Below are positions 1 through 13,002 of a DNA stretch of 64,000 nucleotides, in pieces. Position 1 is the stretch's first letter. Every line of letters begins with the position of its first letter. The notes under the pieces are model-generated. The model searched no databases and was not told where the DNA came from. It saw only the letters and a list, made by a program, of their open reading frames with translations. The translations under genes were made by a program, and so were the position numbers. The DNA comes from Vitrella brassicaformis CCMP3155 (taxonomy: Eukaryota > Protista > Chromerida), in NCBI GenBank assembly GCA_001179505.1, contig CDMY01000272.1, positions 76,613 to 140,612 of the forward strand. The letters are read 5' to 3'.

Positions 1-25
1 ATGACGTGGTCGGGAGGCGGCTCAC

Positions 26-822
26 CGTCAGGAAACAGCAACTCCTGACAGACAAGACAACCAACCAGTGCGCCCGTTGACTTGGGTTGGAATGTTTGTG
101 CCTGTGTCCTCTCTTGGTCTTGTGTGGTGTGTAGTGTAATGCATTGGGTTCACACATGTGTCCTTATGCCAGATTGCTCGAGTATCTCGTCCGAGTATGT
201 GGCCTCACACGTCCGGACCAGATCAGTCACACCAAACTGACGCATCTCCTGTTAACACACACACATAGCACAGAGAAGGGGGTGGGTGGGGGGGGGGGGN
301 NNNNNNNNNNNNNNNNNNNNNNNNNNNNNNNNNNNNNNNNNNNNNNNNNNNNNNNNNNNNNNNNNNNNNNNNNNNNNNNNNNNNNNNNNNNNNNNNNNNN
401 NNNNNNNNNNNNNNNNNNNNNNNNNNNNNNNNNNNNNNNNNNNNNNNNNNNNNNNNNNNNNNNNNNNNNNNNNNNNNNNNNNNNNNNNNNNNNNNNNNNN
501 NNNNNNNNNNNNNNNNNNNNNNNNNNNNNNNNNNNNNNNNNNNNNNNNNNNNNNNNNNNNNNNNNNNNNNNNNNNNNNNNNNNNNNNNNNNNNNNNNNNG
601 GGGGGGGGGGGGGGGGGGGGGACATGATTTCTCTGACTTCTTTGGCCCTTTCTTTCCCTACCCCACCCACCCATCCCTATCCCTATCCCTCTCTCTCTCT
701 GCGTGTGGTGTGTACCTTACCTTGATATAGGCATTGAGGTTGTCATTGTTGGGTGCGTCCATGACCATGAACCTGAGCCTCCGGTGCTCAATCTCGGTGG
801 GCCGGTTGATAATTTGCGTCAT
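26..822 (-). CDS. PRL: PRL-type (PTP4A) protein tyrosine phosphatase, 5' part; gene continues off the window start
   Basis: Exons 822-721, 248-156 and 44-26 join at GT-AG sites to give MTQIINRPTEIEHRRLRFMVMDAPNNDNLNAYIK|EMRQFGVTDLVRTCEATYSDEILEQSGIRTH|ELLFPDG, matching the PRL N-terminus (VTDLVRTCE..Y, FPDG). The CX5R loop is outside the window. Confidence 0.9.
300..599. other. Assembly gap (300 N) within PRL intron 1
   Basis: N run with G-tracts on both sides; the flanking exons join without a missing segment. Confidence 0.99.
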
Positions 823-1748
823 CCTTGTCAATCAGCAGCAGAGTGGCCCTCGGCGACAGACCAACAGGCGACAGGCAGCGGGGGCAGGGGCGAGCGCCAG
901 ACACTCGAGGCAGTTGGTAGGGGTCGAACCAGCAGGTGGTCCTGCTCTGGTGGTCAGCAGAGGAGGGGGAGGATGGTGAGGCTTGGTCGAAAGATGATGT
1001 TGATTCAGCTGCAGCAAATGCGCCACCTAGGGATGGCGCAGAGGCTTTCTGCATCCACGTAAAGACAACGCCCTCTCGGCCACGGCAGCTGCAGCGGGGA
1101 GATGCCCGTCGTCCACACGCGCCACGACGGGTGGACGCAGGACGGTCGTCACAGTGGAGGGGTGGAGAGGGGCCTGGGTGGGAAAGACTGTCCCGAGCTG
1201 AGACAGGTGACCCTCGCGTCTGGCGACACGCTATCTTGGCGACACAAAAGCTGACAGCACCGCTGACGCAAACGGGATGGTGAGTTGGGTGGACGACACA
1301 CGGACTCGTGGGAGGACGAAGGCGGCCAAACGAGGTGTCCGCCGGGGGGGTGCACAGATAGTCAGTCGAGCTGCTCCATGCTCAGCAGCAGCCTCCGATA
1401 ACCACCAAACAACGCCTTCTTCGCTCCCTTTTCGCTCAGTTACAGCTTGCAATGCGAGCTATTGACAAAAGAAAGCAGGAGCTCCGTTGGATAATTAGGG
1501 CCCTCTGCCTGACCTCTGCCATCATATCTCTTCGACCAAAGCCGTTTTTCGTCCAGACCCCTCCCGGAAGAAGAGGAGTGCTGAATGCTCAGCCGAGGCT
1601 AAGGAACGGCCGGGCAGCATCGACTCCTCCTGCAGCAGCACCGCACACAGCAGCAACAGCGGCAGCCACGGCAGCAGCAGCGGCGTCACTCATCAGCCAT
1701 CCGGCCCTCGACTTGGGCGTTGATCTCTCCTCGCCGAGCAGCCTGACG

Positions 1749-1959
1749 ATGGCGTGGGTGGCGGGTTCGCCCGAGTTATGGATGTTTGTGTGTCTGGCGG
1801 CGGGCATGGCGGTGGTGCAGCTCATACAGATCGGCAGGAATGGGTGGATGCGGGAGAAGACAGACCACGAACGAGACCCCAAGTTCCCCAGGTCAGCTGA
1901 CTAATGCGCTTGTCGACCAGATCAGCTGACTGTCTTTTCTGCCATGTGTGTGTATGTGT

Positions 1960-1995
<36 letters not shown>

Positions 1996-4141
1996 ATCAG
2001 GTTTCAGGTCAATTTTCTGCTGGTGTATCTGCTGGCGATGTTTGCCGACTGGCTGCAGGGTCCGTATGTGTACGTGCTGTACGAGCGCATGGGCTACGAC
2101 ATGCGCATGATCGGATACCTCTTCGTCGTCGGATTCGCATCCTCGGCACTTGCCGGCATGGCCGTCGGGGACCTGGCCGACAGGTGGGATGTGGGGGCAA
2201 CACGCTCACAGCCACACACAGCCACACACACACACAGACAGACACAGACACAGACAGACACAGCCACAGCCACAGCCATGGGCATGGACGGTTATGTGTT
2301 GTGTGTGATAGGTATGGTCGCAAGGCGTGGTGTCTGCTGTACTCGCTGTTTTACATCCTGGCGTGTCTCATGTACAACATCAACAGCCTCCCGCTCCTCT
2401 TCTTCGGCCGCTTCTGCGCAGGGGTCGCCACCTCCATCCTCTTCACCACCTTCGACGCTTGGATGGTCTGTGAACACAAGAAACGGTACGTACGCTGAGC
2501 CGCGCTCTTCCTGCTCCACATGATGGGAGGACATGTGCCCATCTGTGCAATCTGTGCGTGACGTTGGCTGGCCATTCTGTCTTAGGCATTTTGAGATGCC
2601 GCTGCTGAACGAGACCTACGCGCGCGCCACCTTCGGCAACGGACTCGTGGCCATCATCGCAGGAGTGTGCGCAAGCGCAGTCGCAAACACGTGAGTAATT
2701 ATGGAGCACGCGCACACACAACACTCAGGCGCACCCGCACCCATACCCACAGCCGTTCATTGCCAATCCTCTCCGTCTGGCTGCCTTGTCAGTGTGGGCC
2801 CGGTCGGTCCGTTCGATGCGTCCATAGCTGTGCTGATAGTGCTGGCGCTGGTGGTGGCCTTCACGTGGACCGAAAACTACGGCCGGGAGGCAGTTGAGGA
2901 CACTGGCGATAAGGCCAAGGAGGGCGAGGATAAGAAGGGCGGTGCGGCTGCTGATGCGGTGTCGACCGACACGGGCCTGGCGTACGTCTTCCGCACATTC
3001 AGGACACACCCGGAGGTCTGGTGAGCGCTGACAGGGCGGGGGAGGGCCGTTCGTGTGCCGTCGAGCTATCTCTGAGAATGTGTGTGTGTGCGTGTGCGTT
3101 GACAGGTGGGTGGGTATGGTTCAGTCGTTCTTCGAGGCGGCCATGTATTCCTTTGTCTTTGTGTGGACACCAGCGCTGCCCAGGACGGTGAGCTCATCAA
3201 CGGCCAACCGACCGATCGGCGTCCTTGCGCAGTTGCCGTCTGGTTGTGTCAGATTGACCAGGGTATAGTCTTCTCCAGCTTCATGGTGGCCGTCATGCTC
3301 GGCAGCAACGTCTTCGTGTTCCTCGAAAAGGCCGGGTGCGCAGCAAGGCCGCACACAAACAAAACACACATGTTTGTCCCCATATTTGGTTGCTTGCCTT
3401 GCAGGCTTCAGCTGAGCCTGTCGGTACTGCTGTATGTGGTGGTGGGCGCGGTGTCCATGCTCTGTGCGGCACTGGCTCTCTACCTCAACGCGGCCTCACC
3501 ATGGCGGCTGCTGGCCTTCCTACTGTTCGAGCTGTGCTGCGGGGTCCATTTCTCGGCCTTCTACTCACTAAGGTGGGCGTCAGCAGGCGCATTGTGACGA
3601 TTTCGCCCATGTGTGTGTTGCGGTGGGTGGCATCAGGGCCCGCGTGTTGCCCGAGGAGGGCCGTGCGACCATCCTCAACCTCTATCGCGTCCCGCTCAAC
3701 CTGATCGTAATGGGCGTGTGCACACAGGTGGCCTACAGCCCAACCAACCAACCACACACACACACACACACACACACACGTGGAGCAATTCTTCTTGTGT
3801 GTGTGTGTGCAGGCGGCCTCGTTCCCACTTGAGGGTGTGTTCCTCTTTGCGGCCTTCCTGCTGCTGTGTGGGGCGGTGTTCCAGTGTCTGGTGCATCAGC
3901 GGGTGTCCAAAGACGGATACACCTCGCCCAGCTCCTCTACCAGCCAGAGCGCCATCGGCAGGGACACACCACAGCAAGAAGACAAAGAAGGTCAGTCAGC
4001 TGAGGCGGTGGATGGAGCAGGCTGGCCAGAACGAGACACCATGTTTGTGCGTGCGTGTGTTGTTCAGATGAGAAGGCTCGGCTGCTAGCTCGGCAAAGTG
4101 GGGGTGACGAGGCCACACGCGTCAACAGCCGGACAGAGTAG
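1749..4141 (+). CDS. MFSD5: MFS transporter, MFSD5/MOT2 (DUF791, molybdate-anion transporter) family; multi-exon
   Basis: Family motifs ADWLQGPYVY, GRFCAGVATSILFTTFDAWMVCEH, FFEAAMYSFVFVWTPAL and RATILNLYRVPLN, with many hydrophobic segments. ATG at 1749; last exon ends at TAG 4139-4141. Confidence 0.88.
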
Positions 4142-4952
4142 CGGGCCAGCCTATCAGACAGAAGGCGGGGCGGGGCCCTCACTGCCAATGCGACGCTCTG
4201 CTGGTGGTGGTGTGGAGGACACGTGGGTTGGTGTACATAAATAGGCCAGGAGGAGCTTAGCTTGGTCGGTCGGTCGGTCGGTCGGTCTGTCTGAGTTTGC
4301 AAGCCACGCCGCTGATGTGCGTGCAGACCAGACTGTCCCTGGGTGTGTATGGGCACGATGGATGCCATCGTGCAGTGCATGTGTGGGTGGATGGATGGAT
4401 ATATATATCTGGACGGCAGCTTGCTTATGTGTGTGTCCGAGGACTGACTTGTGTGATGTCAACCTGTCTATTCCACGCACGAGTGAGGAGGTCACAGCCA
4501 TGTAAGTCGCTCAGCGTCACTCAACCCGCTGCCTCTTGCCCCCTCCCTCCTTCTCGCCCTCACTCGGCCCATCTGCACGCCTCCTGTGCTGCGACACACT
4601 CCCACACTCAGCCGTCTGCGCCTGCAACACAGAAAGGACGACGGCACTTGGATGGAACACGCCTTTTTGTGTGTGTCATGTCAGTCAGCTTGCCTGGCCG
4701 TCCCCTGCCCCCTGCTGCAGTTGTTTGTCGTCCCCGTCTTGTGTGGCCTTGGGTGGGCCGGATGACTCCCCTTCGTCAACCTGCACGCGTCACACACACA
4801 TCCACACACGGAGTGAGCTGCCAGATGGTGTGCCCCGAGCTCACTGACAGATGACGCTGCCGGGACGGGAGAGGGCGTCGGCAGCAGGGCGTCTGAAAGA
4901 ATGAGTCAACGACAACAGATGAACACACACATGGGTCGTTGCTTCATCGGAT

Positions 4953-6083
4953 TCAGCTACCTTTAGCGGGCTGCTGCTGCTGTGCTGCAGGGTTGTTCTT
5001 GACGTCGATATACTTGGCAGCCGGCAGGGTGTAGAGCTTGAGGATGGTCCTGGCCGCCATCTCCAGCTGACGCCAGTCCACCTCTAGCAACTCGTACCAA
5101 CGCGACTCGCGGGGAAGAGCCACAGACAAGTCGCAGCAAGCCAGGTAGACGCTGCACAACACACCACACCACAGCCAGACACACAGGTGTTTGGTTTGAG
5201 AAGGTGGTGTGGATGGGCGGTTTTGTTAACCTGGCTGCTGCGATGACTTCTGGCTGCACCCTGCAGCAGAGGTTGGTGCGCAAGCTGTCGTTGAGATACC
5301 CCCATGTGCGGGTGGCGACCTCATGGTGACGAGGCAGACCTGAGATACAGACAGACAGACAGACAGCAGAAGTAGGGTGAGTGCCACTTGCAGATCTTGG
5401 ACTCGAGCCCCCCGTATCTACCTTTGATCATGTTGATGTACTGCAGTGCCAGCGTGTGTGGGTGCCGCAGCACCCGCTCCATCATGAACCCCAGCTCACG
5501 CAGCAGATACCGCTCGATACGCAACACGTCACTCTCCATCTTACGACACACCTGTCGTACACACATTCACAGCACGACTCTCAGCAGGTGTGTGTCTGGT
5601 TGCCCACTGCTCCGCGGCTGACCTGTGAGCTGGGGTCAAGCGGTGGAATGCCTTGTGCGTTGACGTCGGGCTGCTCCTCCTTCTGCTGCAGATGGTAGAA
5701 CACTGTGATGATGTCCTGCACACGCCGGCAGTCCTCCTCCATCTTCCCAGCCAACACCACACACGCCGCCGCTGTCCGCTGCACACACACGCATCCAGCC
5801 ACCCACCACCCCATCAATCATGGCTTATGTGATCAGACGCATGAACGGACGGTTGGTTCACTCTGACCCGGACGTCGAAGGCAGCGAATGATTTGCGGTA
5901 GTAGAACCGGTGCAGGATGACCTGGGCGCTGGCCTTGGTCACGGCCTGCAGCTTCAGCAGCGTGCCGGCCTTCTGGATCAGCTCACACCCATACACGCGC
6001 AGCTGAGTCTCCGTCGACTCATCTATCCCGTGCTCGCGGGAGGGAGGACTCCATAGTGCGTCGTCGGGGACCAGACGAATCAT
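4953..6083 (-). CDS. CCNL1: Cyclin L (cyclin L1-like); multi-exon
   Basis: SPPSREHGIDESTETQLRVYGCELIQKAGTLLKLQAVTKASAQVILHRFYYRKSF, LAGKMEE, ERYLLRELGF..HPH and WGYLNDSLRT are cyclin L hallmarks. Confidence 0.9.
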
Positions 6084-6529
6084 CTTCCGCGCGTCCTTGG
6101 TTTGGTTTGGTTAGTGTGTTTAACGAGACTCGTGTCTGTAACCCCGGAGGGATCCTGTTGTCTCACGCACTAAACTAGCAGCATGTACATGCAAAGCATG
6201 CACACGGCCTGTCTACCCCTCCCTGCACTGGCACCGGCGGACAAACAGATGGCAGCAGAGAGCACTGGCTGCCTTGTAGAACGTTGACAAACACCGATTC
6301 CGGCTACATACACAAGAACGGGCGCTGTCGCCCAGCAAGAGCCATGGCAAGTGTACAGAAGCCAGAAGGGGGAAGTGGAAAAATGAGCGCTCTCTGAGCC
6401 ACCAAAGCAACGATCAGCCAATCACATGAATACACCACCATATACACACGGGACCCATACGGAAGGAAGACAGGAAGACAGCAGAGGGAGAGAGAAGGAA
6501 ATAGCCAGGCAGGCCATGGGGCCCTGCAA

Positions 6530-6649
6530 CATATGATAGACGATACCTAAGGTGCACTCCATCCCTTCACACAGCACTGAGTATGATGCCACAGTGGCGC
6601 CTGTCTACTTGTACGGTAGTGAGCTGTGGGCGGGCACTAACTGTGATGC
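6530..6649 (+). mobile_element. Short fragment of the non-LTR retrotransposon seen at about 62.6-64 kb
   Basis: 6581-6649 matches 62741-62809 at 66/69 nt (YDATVAPVYLYGSELWAGTNCDA); weaker similarity extends about 50 nt upstream. It lies next to an assembly gap. Confidence 0.85.
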
Positions 6650-6677
6650 AGTACGGTGTGATCTAAGTCGATAGGCA

Positions 6678-6977
6678 NNNNNNNNNNNNNNNNNNNNNNN
6701 NNNNNNNNNNNNNNNNNNNNNNNNNNNNNNNNNNNNNNNNNNNNNNNNNNNNNNNNNNNNNNNNNNNNNNNNNNNNNNNNNNNNNNNNNNNNNNNNNNNN
6801 NNNNNNNNNNNNNNNNNNNNNNNNNNNNNNNNNNNNNNNNNNNNNNNNNNNNNNNNNNNNNNNNNNNNNNNNNNNNNNNNNNNNNNNNNNNNNNNNNNNN
6901 NNNNNNNNNNNNNNNNNNNNNNNNNNNNNNNNNNNNNNNNNNNNNNNNNNNNNNNNNNNNNNNNNNNNNNNNNNNNN
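6678..6977. other. Assembly gap (300 N)
   Basis: N run next to the LINE fragment. Confidence 0.99.
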
Positions 6978-7161
6978 GTCCGCTGAGACGGCGTCGTCAA
7001 GCAGATCTTGATGAAGACCCAATTGAGGCTCGGGGGGATGTGGGAGAGCGTGCCGGGGGGGCGAGAAGGACGCCAGAGGAAGAGCCAATAAGGCTGAGCG
7101 ATATGATGAGCTGCGGCGGGCAGCATCACGAGGAAAGGTCGGAGACGCCAACCACAGCCAA

Positions 7162-7976
7162 ATGGGCACGGACGAGGACGGGACGAGGACCAACATGACC
7201 CCCAGAGGGAGGGGAAGCCGATGGCATCCTCAGCCAAAAGAAAACAAGGCTGAGGATGCCTCGAGATCTGCCTTGGGATCTGCGAGCTCAAATGAAGGGG
7301 GATTCTCTCCCTTTCGGAGACGCTCCAGCTCGCATTTGCGAGCTCAGAATGATGCGAAGAACGTGTGGGTGGTTTCTGGGCTTCACGGGCACTGACGCGC
7401 TTGCCTGAGCCACACTGATGACAGATCTATCGGAAAAGCCTGCTCCTTCGACCCCTCCGGATGCTCCGGATGAGTTTCTCTTCCGCATCAATGAGATGGC
7501 GCTGTGCAGGCTCGCCGAGGAGCAGCCAGCCAGCCGTGGAGAGGAGAATCAGCCGAGCGAGGCGACGGAGCGGCCTTCGACCCAACAGCAGCAGCAACAG
7601 CAGCCAAAGCGGCGGGAAGAAGAGGCGAGCAGCAGCTTGATTCTGCACGAGGGTGCGATGGAGGTGTACCAGAAGTCGGGCGAGGGCATTGGGTTGGTGT
7701 TGGTGTGCGGGTGCTGGCGGATAGAGCTGGACAAGGACTCGCCGGTCCACTGCACCAGTCCCAATGTCTACACCTTCCCCATCACGGTGGACGGCAAGAC
7801 GCAGCTAGTCGGGCTCATCCTATCTGAGTGAGTGAATATGAGTGGGGGGAGGGTGGCTAACAATGCAAGTACGACTATATTGTGTTCTGTCTGTGTGCAG
7901 GCGGACCCCGGTGAAGGATGTGGACCTCCTGCAAGCTCTTCTCCTGTACTTCGTTCACCTGCACACACGACAGGTA

Positions 7977-8008
<32 letters not shown>

Positions 8009-9636
8009 GTCACTCACGTCGGCCTGCCTGCACTGCGTGTGTCGTCTCACTCATTCATTCGTGCAGGGCGACGTCACCCCCCGCGTCATCGCAGAGCAGT
8101 CCCAACAGATCCAGAGGCCGCTGCCTTCTCCCGCGGCCGCCGCTGCACCCGAACCTGCCCCCCGCGTCCCGTCTGGCCCTCCCCCGCGGCCCCTGGCGCC
8201 AGGTCTGAAGTTCCACGAGCGAATGGATGAGCTCAACCGTTGGATAGAGGTGGAGGCCAAGCCACGAGTGGAGGCACTCGAGAGAGCCATCGACGTTAGA
8301 CTCCCGCAGCTGGGTGAGCTCACTTGCCACTTGCAGGGAACCAAAACCAGGCGCCCGTTGATGCGTTGATGTGTGTTGCTGCGTTGTTGTCCTTCATGAC
8401 AGATCCGCATGACCCTGCTGGCAGCTGTGCTGACTGGATCGGCTCGGGTCTGAAGAGCGCCTCTTTGGTGCTGGCTGGGGGGCTGCAGAGGGGTGCATCC
8501 ATGGCCAGCAGCGGCATGCGCCGCGGAGTCGATCGCATCAAACCCAACCTCCCGCAGGCTCAAGGTACACAGACGGATGGATGGATGGATGGACAGCCGG
8601 CAATACAGACGTGCGACAGCGTGTGCATGGCTGTATGTGTGTGTGTGGCAGAGCCGGTGGTCGTGCACGACAATGTGCGGCGGATGGTACAGAGCACTCG
8701 ACGGGTCACTCAGGGAGCCGCGGACTGGTCCCTCAGAGGTGTGTTGCTGTACCCATGACACCCAAATGACGATGCACACACCCTCCCTCCCTCCCTCCCT
8801 GTCTGTCTGCGTGTGTGCCCTGCAGTGTGGCGCAGGTTTGTCAACTGGAGTGGCCAAGCCAGCCGTTACATCTCAGAAGCCGTCAACTCCGATGAGCCCA
8901 ACAACAGCCAGCCGCAGGAGCCATCCCCAGCTCCCCCAGTGCGCACAGTCAGGTGTGAGGCGTCACCCGACTTGGATGATGCCGCGCTGGCGTCGAGGGC
9001 GGACGGGGCCCTGTCTTTGGGTGTGACGATGAGGCGGCGGCAGTATCGGCCGGTGGTGACGCTCTTCTCCTCCGCAATTGAGAGCACTTGCAACATTTTC
9101 GACGCACTGTTGATCGCGGGAGACACCGTGCTCAGCGGCGGAGGTAGGTTGCGCATTGATGATCCGCAGACCAGCCAGCGGATGTGTGTGTGTGTGTGTG
9201 TGTTGTGCTGCTATCTGCAGCCGAGAATGTGTCCGACCTGATCCGCCATCGCTATGGGGACGATGTGGGTGCCGTCACGCGGGACGGTCTGATGACGGGT
9301 GTCGACGCTTACAGGTTCCACCGCATGGTGGGCGCCCTCGTCTCGCCGGCCTCCCTGGCACGCTCGGCCATCCGCGGCACGGCCATCGAGGCCGGCAGGA
9401 CACTCGAAGAGCCGGAGAACGTCAGGACACTGGCTGAGGCGGCATCGTCACCTGATCTGCTCGAGAAGGCGCGTGTGGCTGAGGGAGAGCAGCTGGGTGA
9501 TGGCATGACGCCGCTGCGGACGAGCGAGAGCGACCCGACTTTGGGAACGCCGAAGTCGGGGGCGGGGAGGGAGGCGGCGGCTGCGGCTGCGGCTGCGGAT
9601 GTGGCTGTGATGCGCTCACAGACGGGAGGGATGTAG
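7162..9636 (+). CDS. Spartin/senescence-domain protein (SPG20/ERD7-like); 5' end uncertain (ATG 7162 or 7418, next to a gap)
   Basis: CWRIELDKDSPVHCTSPNVYTFP..LVGLILSE resembles the spartin middle region. The C-terminal segment WIGSGLKSASLVLAGG...NVSDLIRHRYGDDVGAVTRDGL matches the senescence domain. No MIT domain is visible. Confidence 0.78.
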
Positions 9637-10775
9637 GATGGATGGATGGGATGAGCTCAGACAGGGAGCGAGGAGTGCCTTTTGTTGCTTGCTGTGATTT
9701 GTGAGACGGTCACTGATCGGTTTAGTCAATGAGGGAGCGTTATTTGTCTGAGAAAGAAAGGGAGGGAGGGTAGGAGGGTGCCGTGGACGCCCACATGGAA
9801 GCACACATGGAGGTGAACATGGCACCCTGAGTGAGTGACCACCATGGACTTTCTCTTTTTCTCCGATGTGTCTGTGTTTCTGTGGGTGTTAAGTGGGTGT
9901 ATGGGCGCGATGGGCGCATGAGACACATGAATCCACCACGGCCATGGCCGGCAAGGTGCGTGGTGGCTGGATGGCTGGCTGGGTGGGTGGACCAAGTGCA
10001 AACCAATGGATGGCTGATGTTGAGTGGCTTGCCGCATTCATGAGAACGAATTGGACAGACGTAAGTACTCTTTCATCATTGAAGCGATGTCCGCTGCCAT
10101 ACACAAACATGTAGACAGACATCGTCTCCACATATGTCTGTCTATCGGTGCTTGGAGGGCGAGAGAAGGCATCGCGTCGTGTCCGGCATCAATCCATCCA
10201 TCATGTCGTTGCAAGCGCAGTCCACTGTAGCCGGTTGGTGGTGTTGCTGTTGGTGTTGATGAGATGCAGCCGCGGTGTCAGGCCTTTCTGAGCGTTGCAG
10301 GGCTGTCTGTGTCCAAAAGTCACAACTTAGTGAGCGCATCACAGCGCCGGCGAGTCGGCATGGTGCATTGGCGCATTCATGAGTGGACCGGTATGTATGA
10401 TCTATAGAATGGATCCCTTTTTCAATCGATGCATTCCAATGATTGCCGACAGTGCGTGTGGCTTACTGAGGGAAACATGTATTGACACGCACACACACAC
10501 ATGAATGGTTCACCCACCCGCACGCACATGAGCCACCGAGTCGACAGACAGACAGACAGACAGAGTGTCCTACCGTCGGTCGGTCCGTTTGTCTGTTCGT
10601 AAGTACTTATTTACACAGGGACGGCAAGTGTGTTTTGTGGCTATCCTCTCTATCTCGCTGATCGAAGCGAATATATGAATGCCATCCACGATAGACGGAC
10701 CGACCACACTTTGGTTTGGGCACACGTGCGGAGCGATCCCCTCCCTCCCTCCCTCTGCCATTCACAGCAAACGAT

Positions 10776-11373
10776 CTATCTGTCGGCCTTGGGCACCCAC
10801 CGCACCTCCCTCCGTCCCCCTCTATGTCTCCTTGTCCCCCTCCCCCGGTCTGACTCACGCGACCTCGACGTCGGACGGCTGGGCGCCGCCGGCCTCCTTG
10901 GGGCCGGTCCGCTCGACGCAGCGGCGGGCGCATGCTTGGCCCCTTGGGGCTGGGGCGGCGGGGGGGTCGTGGGCTCGCTGTCGCTCGACGAGTCGGACTG
11001 GTCGATGTGCAGGATGTGGTTGCGGGCGGGCGACGAGGGGGCTGTGCACAGCGCCGTGGCGGCTGGTGGGGGCCAGGCTGATGTGCCGTCGTCACTCGCC
11101 AACCAGGGGTGCGCCAGCGCCTCGGCAGCTGCAGACAAGACAAAACAAAACGAGACATGCAGCGATTGATGCATTGGTAGTCGTCTTAGTTATTGACTTG
11201 ACTAAGTCGATCAACACACCGGAGGCCATGCGCTGCTTCTTGTCTGCCGTCAGCAGCTTGCTGATGAGGTCCGCCGCCTCAGCCGACACGCCGTCGCTTG
11301 GAAGGAAACGAGGCCCCTACATGACCACACACACCAGAACCGACACAGACGTCAGTTTGATGGATGGATGGCC

Positions 11374-11404
<31 letters not shown>

Positions 11405-13002
11405 GCCGTCGTCCCTCCCTCCCTCACTGACCCTCTTCATGGCCCGCAGGACGGCTGGCTCGATGCTGCCGTCGTCGGGGACGGTGGCGGGGATATCGAA
11501 CGGAAACCGGCAGGTCAGCAGATAGTACCTGTATGTGTGTGTGTGTGTGTCAGAGGAGAGAGGGAGGACACACAACACACACAATAAGCAAACGACACGC
11601 CCATCAGACTATGCCGCTTGGGCCCTGTCTGCGCATGTGTGTGTTTGATTGTGTGTGGGGCGTACTTACAGTGAGACGCCGATCGCCCAGAGGTCGCTGG
11701 CGGGGCTGTAGTCAAACCCTTCGAAGCACTCAGGGGCCTGCACACACACACACACACACAGACAGACAGTCAGATGTGCAGGTTTGTTTAGGTGAGGCAG
11801 CTTTGCTTTGGTTTGCTTTGGTGTGTGCTGACTGACTGACTGACCAGAAACTGGGGCGTGCCGGCGATCCGTGTGACCTTGGGGCTGTGTGGCGTGATGA
11901 TGTTGTCGAAGTCGATCAACATAACGCGCTCGCCGGTCCTCATTATGTTTCTCAGCGAAACATCCGCGTGCGTGATCTGCATATATTGATTGCCACACAT
12001 ACGCACATAAAGACAGACCTTCATGGAGACAGACAGGCTTGCAAGGGTGCCTTCCTTCCTCTCAGAGGACTTGTTGACGTACATACGTACGTCGTGGGTG
12101 TGCAGCACTTGGAGGCCTCGCAAGGCCCCTTGGGCTATGTGCCTGACCTCTCCCTCGCTCACGCGCCCGAGACCCATGCAGTCGCCCCCGCCCACCCACT
12201 CCATGACGATGTACAGGTACTCGTGGTCCCTCAGGACCTCGCTGGTGTAACAGAGGTGGGCGGAGTAGGGCAGACGTATGAGCCGCCGGTACTTGTCCAG
12301 GTACTCGGCCTCGGTGAACAGGGAGCTAGGGTACCTGCAGGCAGGCAGGCCAGAAAGAAAAGCCATACATACAATCAGCAGTAAGGATCATCAATCAATA
12401 CACACGGACGGACGGACGGGGAAGTATATATATATAAAAGTGCTGTGCTGGCTGTTTGGTAAACAAACTTGGGTGCATTCATTCATTCATTTGTCCTTTC
12501 ACCCAGCCAGATAGATAGCCATTCATTCACTAATTACTCACGTGAAGGCGTCACGGGGGAAGGCCTTGACGGCCCAGAAGAGGCCGGGGATGAACTCGTT
12601 ATCCACCTTGAACACATAACCGTTCCTGTGAGTCAACAGACAGACAAACCGTCGATGGATGGATGACACACATAGACATACACACACGCACTCTGTCTGT
12701 CTGTGTGTGTGTGTGGCTCACTTACGCGCCTTCGCCCGCCTCTCCGGCGTACTGGAAGCCGTTCTCAGCCAACATATGGCCGAAATCGTCGTACGTCTGC
12801 AGCATCACACACAGAAGGCATGCATGCAAGAGCCGCCAATCAATCAGCCAGCCGGCTGTCTCTCTGTCTGTCTGTGCCCCCCGCCAAGTGAACGTACCTT
12901 GGTCGTTCCGTCGTCAACAAGGTCGGCCTTGCCCTCAGGCTCATCCCCTGTGGCCAACTTGGTCATGCTAACGCCGCTCAGGCCGCACGGCATCGACGGC
13001 AT
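10776..13002 (-). CDS. Ser/Thr protein kinase (CAMK-like fold) with atypical HAD and DFD motifs; about 8 exons
   Basis: Joined exons give the G-loop GEGANG, AVK, YLYIVMEWVGGGD, HADVSLRNIM, LIDFD, GTPQFLAPE, DLWAIGV, LISKLLTADKKQR and EALAHPWL. ATG at 13002 is preceded by in-frame stops. Confidence 0.92.

Noticed and set aside
1944-2534. Many ORFs rich in CVCV or HTHT here and across the window
   Set aside because: They are translations of intronic (TG)n/(CA)n microsatellites.
10032-10046. CCGCATTCATGAGAA shared with 62564-62578, with a 12-nt core also at 10372
   Set aside because: A few 15-mer matches are expected by chance in 64 kb, and the flanks do not align.
12818-12828. TGCATGCA ApiAP2-like motif
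   Set aside because: It is intronic, and occurrences elsewhere are scattered in GC/AT dinucleotide-rich sequence with no promoter bias.
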